From Squalus acanthias (lineage: Eukaryota): DNA of 64,000 bases. The translations under genes were made by a program, and so were the position numbers. The stretch lies in NCBI GenBank assembly GCA_030390025.1, contig CM059427.1, positions 158,782,001-158,846,000 on the forward strand. The letters are read 5' to 3'. The notes under the pieces were generated by a model. The model did no database searches, was not told the origin of the DNA, and saw only the letters and a program-made list of their open reading frames with translations. Within the stretch, counting starts at the first letter, position 1. Each line of letters starts with the position of its first letter. This document shows, piece after piece, positions 63,732 to 64,000 of this stretch.

Positions 63732-63768
63732 CCATTTGGATGGCAATCAGAATAAAGGCGCAGAACAT
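63732..63768 (-). CDS. Signal peptide exon of Ig-like gene (MFCAFILIAIQM)
   Basis: ATG, hydrophobic core, G|GTAAG donor, 85-nt intron to V exon. Confidence 0.8.
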
Positions 63769-64000
63769 CCCCAGCTTTTTCAGCTCTAGAGTTGCCCGGT
63801 TAAGCGTTTTTTGATGGCCTAACATCACCAGACTCAAAAGTTCAAGTGAAGTTTTGCTGTTCAGAGGAGGGTGGGTCATGTATTTCCTGGTTGATCATCA
63901 TTTTGAGCAAAGAAGGAACAGGTTGTGAATGAGCTGCTGTTCTGCAGTCCTGGCCTACAGAACTCCAATCCACATCAAACACAACTGTCAACCGGTATCA

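Larger units (their letters stand above)
56251..63768 (-). pseudogene. Ig/TCR-like gene: leader - germline VJ - C1 - C1 - TM (damaged in this assembly)
   Basis: Phase-1 exons 63732-63768, 63302-63646, 60047-60358, 58153-58470 with canonical splice sites, plus a hydrophobic exon at 56251-~56750; indel pairs and a TE insertion suggest inactivation. Confidence 0.75.

Noticed and set aside
58153-63768. Conventional rearranging IgM/IgW/IgNAR or IgL cluster
   Set aside because: No RSS or separate D/J seen, two C domains after a light-chain-like V, and TM unlike the IgH TM motif; a germline-joined origin is not fully excluded

Overview
Vertebrate genomic DNA, almost certainly from a cartilaginous fish, judged from HE1-type V-SINE, Deu-domain SINE, shark-type CR1/L2/Penelope families and the Ig-like domains. 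It has three parts. (1) 1-37.1 kb: the last ten coding exons and a long 3' UTR of a divergent Matrin-3-family gene on + (two RRMs, RS motif, C-terminal matrin zinc finger). Its introns hold CR1/L2 LINEs, a full-length decayed Tigger/pogo element and Harbinger-type elements. (2) 37-54.5 kb: a nested retroelement cluster. It includes a TSD-bounded composite CR1 insertion carrying an orphan first coding exon of PQBP1 (apparent CR1 3' transduction) and a complete Gypsy LTR element. (3) 55-64 kb: on the - strand, an antigen-receptor-like gene with leader, a single germline-contiguous VJ exon (light-chain-like, no RSS seen), two C1-set exons and an Arg-containing transmembrane exon. Two of its domains carry compensating frameshift pairs and the TM exon is split by a Penelope fragment, so this copy may be a pseudogene or contain assembly errors. 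All calls come from manual reading; no database searches were run.
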